Below are positions 57,749 to 64,000 of a stretch of DNA of 64,000 nt, one piece after another (position 1 is the stretch's first letter; each line of letters begins with the position of its first letter). Source of the stretch: a bacterium (GTDB lineage Bacteria > Hinthialibacterota > Hinthialibacteria > Hinthialibacterales > Hinthialibacteraceae); NCBI GenBank assembly GCA_963663405.2, contig CAXXSM010000053.1, positions 96,001 to 160,000 on the forward strand. The letters are read 5' to 3'. The position numbers and the translations under genes are program-made. The notes beneath the pieces are model-generated. The model searched no databases, was not told where the DNA came from, and saw only the letters and a program-made list of their open reading frames with translations.

Positions 57749-60700
57749 TTAAAAAATTTCCCAATCCATCACAGAAGTGATTTCTGTGACTCGCGTTGTA
57801 GCTTCCGCATCGGATTTATCGGGCTCCATTAATCCCGCATTGTCTTTGGCGCGGCAGTAGAAACTATATACACGATCGATTTCTCCTTCAAATACGATCG
57901 ATGTCAGTGACGTGTTATCGATTAATAGTTGGTATGTTCCTTCATTTTCTGATACATACACAGAATATGATGAAACGCCTGAACCTTCGTCTTCACCGGT
58001 CCATTCCAAAGTGAATGGAGAGGCGATTACACTGGGCAACGCGGTTACCCGGCTCGTGGGAGGAATCGTATCCACCGTGTTGATCCAAGGGCCTTCCTTC
58101 GGGGCGGGATGATCCATGATATCCCCGGCGAAATCAAATTCGACAAACGCTTGATTCGAGATCTGAGCGCCATCCGGCAGATTCTCTTTTAGTTCTACAG
58201 TGAACTCCACCCATCCAATTTCATAGCCGGTTTCGGGATTGTAGGGTGGCAGGAAACCTACAAAAGGATCTTCGGGGTAATCCCCAGTGATTGGATCAAT
58301 GCAATGAAACCACCAACGGATTTCACCGGTTACTGGATTGAATGTCCCGGTCACATCGACCGCAAGGTCCATATCCGGACGCATATCGATCCGTGTTTGC
58401 AGCGCTTGTCCGCCGGGGAGGGGTATATCCCATTTTAAGAAACCGATTCGGGTGAATTGGAATGTGGATAAATCGAAAACATTCGGATCCAATGTGTCAA
58501 TAATCACGGCGTCTTGTGTCGGCACGGGCGCGTCTGGTTTGTTCCAAAAATCGACGCGGTACGTGAAAATTTGGTTGGTATTCACCCACCTTATATTCTC
58601 GCCGGTGTCCTCCGTAGTAATGTATCCCTCGGGGCCGAATTTATCTTCCGGTGTACGGGAGAACATCCGCTTGATAATCTCTTCCGCTTCTTCTTTCGCT
58701 TCGGGATGTTTCTCCGCGCAGTCCCGCAAGCATTTGGCGTACTCCGCTCTCGCTTTGATTGCCCTGGCCACCTGTTTGCGATAATTTTTCACGGCGGAAT
58801 CGAATAAACTCATGTTACTGGATAATTCTCCAGCGGCATTGCGAGTTTCCGTCAACGTCCAGCGTTTGTAATGTTCATCAAAGTCTAGCAATAGGGCAAA
58901 GATATCCCGGCCGGCGGCTATGCCTCCGAAGCGTCTCGCTCGATTGCCTTTCAGCATTCGACTTCTTCCCTTAAATATCAAATCCGATCCGTTTGATACT
59001 AAACTTTTCAGAATATCGGTGGTTTTTTGGGGGGATGAGGCGGAATCATAATACATTCTCCCTAAATCTGAAATCAACTCACCAATTCCTTTGGCTGAAA
59101 CCAGGGCCTCGACGATCGTCTTCGCCGCGAGCGCTGTTTCCCCCGCTTCCAAGGCGCTAATTGCGCCAGTCACTTCCGCAGCCGCGGCGATTTCGTAGCC
59201 AGAGACAATCACAGCGGCGATGTCTCCCGCTGTGGAGAAGATTTCTACAGAACCGAAGGACCAAGAAAGAAATGTCTGGGATGTGATCCCTTCCTCGCGT
59301 CCATGCACAACACTAAGCGCGGCCTTCTGATTTTGGTAGGCTTGTTCCGCTTTTTTATAGGCGTCCATACATTCATCCCGGCACGTGTCCGGTGGCAAGT
59401 AGGGGATCCCGATATGTCCCCGGTCTTTCGGGTAAATATCACCAAACTCGATACCAGCCCATTTTTTCAGCGCGGCGAAGAATCCGCCTCCTCCTCCCCC
59501 AGCGGTCGCCACTGCTTTTATATCATAGATTTCATTGTTAACGCGTGAGGCTGAAATTCCGCTGAGGCTGGCGGCTGGCGGAGAGAGATTTCCTGTGAAT
59601 TGACATAAAGCGATCGGCTCCATCACAATGGGACCGATGTCTACTGTGGAACCACGTTCAACACGTAAGCCAGTCTGTTCTTTATCGGCATAGCTGGGCG
59701 CGTGGCTTTGTAAGGATAGATTGTCTCCTGAAGCTGTCGTGATGTGGAATGAGCCGTCGATACTGGATTTTGTTTCACCCAGGTATCTCCCTGCTTGATC
59801 CACTACCGCGATTTCGCCGTGGGCGATGGGATGTCCTTGAGGATCTGTCAAACGTCCAGTTAGAATAGTATCACTTTTGGTTAGGGAAACATCGAATGAT
59901 GTTGATTCAGCAATGGATAAATCCAATTTATAAAAAGCGTCATACCCGTCCGCGTAAACAATCAACTCATAAAGCCCTGGCTCCAAATAAGGAATTTCAT
60001 AGGTTCCATCCGACTGGCTCACTAGAACCAGCAGTTCCTTTGGATTGTTCACCGGGAAAAGAGTGATCGCCGCCGATGGGATGGGATTTCCATCGCTATT
60101 AGTAATCAGGCCGCTTAGAATATATTGCTGAGAGAGCGTGACGGTCAAATCCTTTTGCGCGCCTTCTTCCGGTAGAGTGACCTGCGCGGATGCGCCCCGG
60201 TTGTCATTCCCAATAATCGTCAGAGAGTAATCACCCGTGATGAGATTCTCAAACAGAATAATTCCATCCGGTCCGGCTTCAGCTATTCCGGCAAGTAACG
60301 GTTCATTCGAAGATTCGTTGAAAAGCATTACTGTTGCGCCTTCGACCGAGGAAAGGGAATCAATAAGTTTGACCTGTAGTGACGCTGTTCCAGCGATAAG
60401 GTCCCGTGTGACGGTTTCGCCATCATTCACAATTACATTTTTGACGGAGTTAAAAGCAGCTCCCTCCTTTTGCGCCACAAGGTCAAACGTTCCACCGCGA
60501 AGCAGCCGGAAGCGATAGTTCCCATTCTCATCACTTTTTGCGCCAACGATATATTTCCCTGATTCATACAGCATGACGCCAACATCGGTCAGTGGCTCGC
60601 CTGCGGCGGTTAGTGTATGGCCTTCTAATGTAGTCGTAAAAGAAATTTCAAAATCGGCAGTCTGTTCAAGTCCATCAAGAGAATCTACAGTGACAAGAGA

Positions 60701-63700
60701 GGAAGCGTTTTCACCACCAATTGGAAGAGTAAGACGGTACTCTCCCAGATCGAGAAAGTCAAAGCGGTAGGAACCGGCGCCGTCTGTGAAGCGGGAGAAT
60801 AAATGTCCATTCTCATGGATGAGTAAAACAGGCAAACCAGCGATTGGCTCGCCTGTAACTGAATCACGGACCACTCCGCTAATCGTTCCTCCCGGAAGAA
60901 TCTGGAGTGATATTCCAGTAAGATTCTCACCGCTAGAGACATTAACTTCTGTTTCTGAACTATAAGAATTCAGCAGGTTGACGACTCGAAGCGTATAGGT
61001 TCCCGGCGCCAAATACTCAAGGAGAAAACTGTTATCATCCTCCGCGAACGCGCCCCACACTTGGTTTTCTCCTTCAAAAACACCAACGATAAAAGGATAC
61101 GCGGTTTCATTCGAGGCGCTTACTATAATCGTTCCAGAAACTGATGCGGGTAATGACAAATCAACGGTTCCAAGATCGATACTCTCTCCTTCGGACACAT
61201 CGATCCCCGAAATTTCCACGGGTAAATAACCATAGCGGAGAATCATAACGTCATAGAACCCCGTAGGCAGATTCTTAATCACGAAAGAGATATCTTCAAT
61301 CTCCGCATAGAAATACTCCCTATCTCCGGATTCATCCGAAGACTGCGCATAGACTACGAGAACACTCTCTTCGGCGCTCTCTCCTTGAAGGTTTACGATT
61401 CCTTGAATTCTGGATTCTGGGTTCTGTGTCAGATTTAAATCTAAAACAAGCCCCTCCCGTTTGACACTAACATCTGTTTGTATAAATCGCGACAGCCCGT
61501 CGGATTCGACGATGATTTCATACAATCCAACCGGAAGCCCATTGAAATCAAATGCGCCGGTTTCATCAGTCAAAGTCAAGAACGATTGATTGTCCACACT
61601 TCGCGCTTCCACTCTTGCGGACGGAACCGGGACGCCGGTTTCACTGGATAGAATCCGGCCCGAAAGCGCGCCCCCCGCGTCTAGATAGAGCTCATGACCC
61701 ACGATCGTTTCCATATCGGTGATTTGTACGTTCTGGCCGGATAAAACGATGGTTCCTTCAACATCCAATACATAGGCGCCGGGCGTTAGATCGCCAACAA
61801 CGAAAGATCCATCGTTCAAAGAATAGGCGCCGAACATTTCTTCTGTATCTATATTAAAGAAGGTGATAAAGCGTCCGGATAGATCCATTTCCGAATCGGC
61901 GCTCCGCAACGCGCCGCTGATTGACGCGCTTATTGCGGCGGTTGATTTTTCTATTTCCAGTTCGATTAAATCTAAGAATCGTTTAAAATCTCCCGCTTCC
62001 GGTGGAAGCAGCGTAGCGTGAAGGGCCAGCATTTGGAGAAAGCCGCCCCAGGTATCCCCCACCTGTGAGATGAGTTGATTCCATATCGGTTCCCATGATT
62101 CCGGGACGGCGTCTTCGGGTTGGACAAACGTCTTGATTTCGTCCCAATTGATGGGGATGGATAACGGGCTCCAGTTATCTGGAAAGTACATGCTGTAAAG
62201 AGAGACGGTCACATCTTCGGGGCTGAATAATGTGCGCATCGAAACATGAATCGTCTCTCGTTCACCAGGACGCAGGATAGCGATCGGTTCACTCTGGCAA
62301 CCCGGCGCGATCCCATAGCTCCGGCTTTTGATCCATTGGCCGGTTTCCGGAAGTAACCATTCTGCTTCTTCACTGCAAACGAGGATCAGAAGCGGGCAGG
62401 CAAGATCGGTCTCACCGGTATTCGCGCATTCCACTTGTACATCGACCAAACGCCCAGGCCTGACAATATCTGGAGCAATAAGATTCACTTCCAACTTCGG
62501 CGCCACGCCGGAAGTCACCGTCAGGATTTCCTGTTTCATCAGCGCTCCGTAGATCGTGCTTTCAACCATCAGATCATAGAGACCTGCGGGCGCGCCTGAA
62601 AAGTCAAATGTAGTGAAAAGAGTCGCTGGATCAGGACAATAAACATTCAATGGCGCCAGTTCGCTTACTCCCTCGTGGGCAATTAGGTGAATTTGATCGC
62701 TTGGAGAGAAATTCGAGCCTATAATTTCAATCGTTGCTTGACCATTCTGGCCAACACGATTGGGAGAAACGGTGAATATATCAAACGCCGCTATTTCCGC
62801 CGATAACGTAATCGATGAAGCGCCGCCGGGGAGATATTGCCCATAGACGCCGATATAATACGTACCTTCTATTGGATGGATCAGGATTTCTTGATTTGTC
62901 TGCCCTGGCGTGGCGCTTAGGGCGTCATATTGAATTAAATTAGGTGAGGTTCCCAACCGGCTGTATAACGAGAGCGCGCCCGTCGCTGCGTCTGCGGCCA
63001 ATTTGATTCGTATACTTACACCTGGCATACCGTCAAACCGGCAAAACATCCATTCACCCGGCGCAACGGATGATATCACGGGTGTATCCGGTGTTAATAC
63101 CGGCACGTTCACGGATAGAGGCGCGTGGGAAGATAAAACATTGTCAACAAAGTCAGACTCGATTACTTGTTGACGCTGATTGACAAACACTAAAACAAAT
63201 TGGGGGCCGGCCACATCCAGCGGAACTGATCCCGACCAGTTTCCTGTGTATTGATCTCCTGGTTTAAATAATCCTTGCTGTGTCACCCGCCCAAGCAACG
63301 AATCTTCATTCAAATCAATGAAGGGATCACTGGAAAGGAAAATGGAGTCCTGCCATTGACCTTCTAGATCCGCTTGTCCAGTATTTTCAACAGTCCAAGA
63401 AATTGAAAATGTGGCGCCGGGCTGAACAATAATAGGCGAAGGATCAGTTAGGCTAATCACGGTTAGATTTGCGGAAACACCCGGCGCCGTTCGTTCAAAC
63501 ACTCCTCGATCTACAAAGGAAGGATATCCAGCGCCAGTATTCGCCACGCCCGGATCATCAAATCGAGGCTGACCAAGCAGATCATAACTCGGCGCATCGA
63601 TCCCCCGGCCGGAATCAATCGCCGGGGAATCCGCGTATAACTGATAATTCCCTGATTCACGATCTATAAAGCGGGGATTCTTGATACTATTTCCATTGGA

Positions 63701-64000
63701 ATAGATATTCGGAACGTCTTGCTCGTTCTCTTCCCAAAGAATTTCGTCTCCATCGGGATTAAAGAAATCGCAATTTCGGATTGTTAAAAGAGGCGGATCG
63801 CCCTCGTGATGAAGGCCGTTCGCGTTGAAGGCGACGATACAATTATCGATTGTGAGATTCGCTCCTCCCACGTGAATCCCCGCTACATCCCGGTTACTTC
63901 CTTCAAAAGCATTTCCTACAATCGTACAATTCCTGAATACTTCTCTCGAATCCGCGCGCACAAAAACGCCGCTTAAACGATTGTCCGCAATCAGACAATT
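57749..64000 (-). CDS. Giant secreted surface protein (5' end outside window): beta-helix/choice-of-anchor-Q-like, CARDB, PPC, IPT, carboxypeptidase-regulatory repeats, helical insert, FN3
   Basis: Frame is open past 64000 (NCLIADNRLSGVFV); DSPAIDSG..DRGVFE, WTVENTG..WQDSIFLS, repeated G.ISG.V...G.P and YCRAKDNAG motifs. Confidence 0.85.
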   Translation of the reverse strand, partial: NCLIADNRLSGVFVRADSREVFRNCTIVGNAFEGSNRDVAGIHVGGANLTIDNCIVAFNANGLHHEGDPPLLTIRNCDFFNPDGDEILWEENEQDVPNIYSNGNSIKNPRFIDRESGNYQLYADSPAIDSGRGIDAPSYDLLGQPRFDDPGVANTGAGYPSFVDRGVFERTAPGVSANLTVISLTDPSPIIVQPGATFSISWTVENTGQADLEGQWQDSIFLSSDPFIDLNEDSLLGRVTQQGLFKPGDQYTGNWSGSVPLDVAGPQFVLVFVNQRQQVIESDFVDNVLSSHAPLSVNVPVLTPDTPVISSVAPGEWMFCRFDGMPGVSIRIKLAADAATGALSLYSRLGTSPNLIQYDALSATPGQTNQEILIHPIEGTYYIGVYGQYLPGGASSITLSAEIAAFDIFTVSPNRVGQNGQATIEIIGSNFSPSDQIHLIAHEGVSELAPLNVYCPDPATLFTTFDFSGAPAGLYDLMVESTIYGALMKQEILTVTSGVAPKLEVNLIAPDIVRPGRLVDVQVECANTGETDLACPLLILVCSEEAEWLLPETGQWIKSRSYGIAPGCQSEPIAILRPGERETIHVSMRTLFSPEDVTVSLYSMYFPDNWSPLSIPINWDEIKTFVQPEDAVPESWEPIWNQLISQVGDTWGGFLQMLALHATLLPPEAGDFKRFLDLIELEIEKSTAAISASISGALRSADSEMDLSGRFITFFNIDTEEMFGAYSLNDGSFVVGDLTPGAYVLDVEGTIVLSGQNVQITDMETIVGHELYLDAGGALSGRILSSETGVPVPSARVEARSVDNQSFLTLTDETGAFDFNGLPVGLYEIIVESDGLSRFIQTDVSVKREGLVLDLNLTQNPESRIQGIVNLQGESAEESVLVVYAQSSDESGDREYFYAEIEDISFVIKNLPTGFYDVMILRYGYLPVEISGIDVSEGESIDLGTVDLSLPASVSGTIIVSASNETAYPFIVGVFEGENQVWGAFAEDDNSFLLEYLAPGTYTLRVVNLLNSYSSETEVNVSSGENLTGISLQILPGGTISGVVRDSVTGEPIAGLPVLLIHENGHLFSRFTDGAGSYRFDFLDLGEYRLTLPIGGENASSLVTVDSLDGLEQTADFEISFTTTLEGHTLTAAGEPLTDVGVMLYESGKYIVGAKSDENGNYRFRLLRGGTFDLVAQKEGAAFNSVKNVIVNDGETVTRDLIAGTASLQVKLIDSLSSVEGATVMLFNESSNEPLLAGIAEAGPDGIILFENLITGDYSLTIIGNDNRGASAQVTLPEEGAQKDLTVTLSQQYILSGLITNSDGNPIPSAAITLFPVNNPKELLVLVSQSDGTYEIPYLEPGLYELIVYADGYDAFYKLDLSIAESTSFDVSLTKSDTILTGRLTDPQGHPIAHGEIAVVDQAGRYLGETKSSIDGSFHITTASGDNLSLQSHAPSYADKEQTGLRVERGSTVDIGPIVMEPIALCQFTGNLSPPAASLSGISASRVNNEIYDIKAVATAGGGGGGFFAALKKWAGIEFGDIYPKDRGHIGIPYLPPDTCRDECMDAYKKAEQAYQNQKAALSVVHGREEGITSQTFLSWSFGSVEIFSTAGDIAAVIVSGYEIAAAAEVTGAISALEAGETALAAKTIVEALVSAKGIGELISDLGRMYYDSASSPQKTTDILKSLVSNGSDLIFKGRSRMLKGNRARRFGGIAAGRDIFALLLDFDEHYKRWTLTETRNAAGELSSNMSLFDSAVKNYRKQVARAIKARAEYAKCLRDCAEKHPEAKEEAEEIIKRMFSRTPEDKFGPEGYITTEDTGENIRWVNTNQIFTYRVDFWNKPDAPVPTQDAVIIDTLDPNVFDLSTFQFTRIGFLKWDIPLPGGQALQTRIDMRPDMDLAVDVTGTFNPVTGEIRWWFHCIDPITGDYPEDPFVGFLPPYNPETGYEIGWVEFTVELKENLPDGAQISNQAFVEFDFAGDIMDHPAPKEGPWINTVDTIPPTSRVTALPSVIASPFTLEWTGEDEGSGVSSYSVYVSENEGTYQLLIDNTSLTSIVFEGEIDRVYSFYCRAKDNAGLMEPDKSDAEATTRVTEITSVMDWEIF

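Overview
A 64-kb bacterial chromosomal window, gene-dense and with mixed GC content, containing no rRNA, tRNA, CRISPR array, integrase or intact transposase. Housekeeping and metabolic genes include aroE-aroK, an AsmA-family gene, a fused NfnAB-type electron-bifurcating transhydrogenase, mntH-usp, cutC and an SPFH-Arc pair. An ArsR-led permease/thioredoxin/ArsF-like/ArsG-like operon is interrupted by a Tat-exported deacetylase-like gene. There is also a URO-D/MtaA-thioredoxin fusion with a CobW GTPase, a four-gene HK-HK-RR-RR/PP2C cluster, two paralogous N-methyl pseudopilin-like genes, and many secreted carbohydrate-active or beta-propeller proteins. The gene content resembles the OLB16/Ca. 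Hinthialibacter-Sumerlaeota type of uncultured lineage (inference only). The most interesting signals are: (1) two unrelated large secreted proteins end in the same short C-terminal motif [AS]-V-x-D-[YW]-x-[LI]-[YF]-COOH, a candidate undescribed sorting signal; (2) an unassigned ~180-aa domain is shared, after Pro/Thr linkers, by an S8 protease and a TolB-like protein; (3) at least five unrelated families of REP/MITE-like intergenic repeats occur; (4) there is a decayed attC-like gene cassette. A run of single-base frameshifts at 26 kb and 36-43 kb most likely reflects homopolymer sequencing errors.
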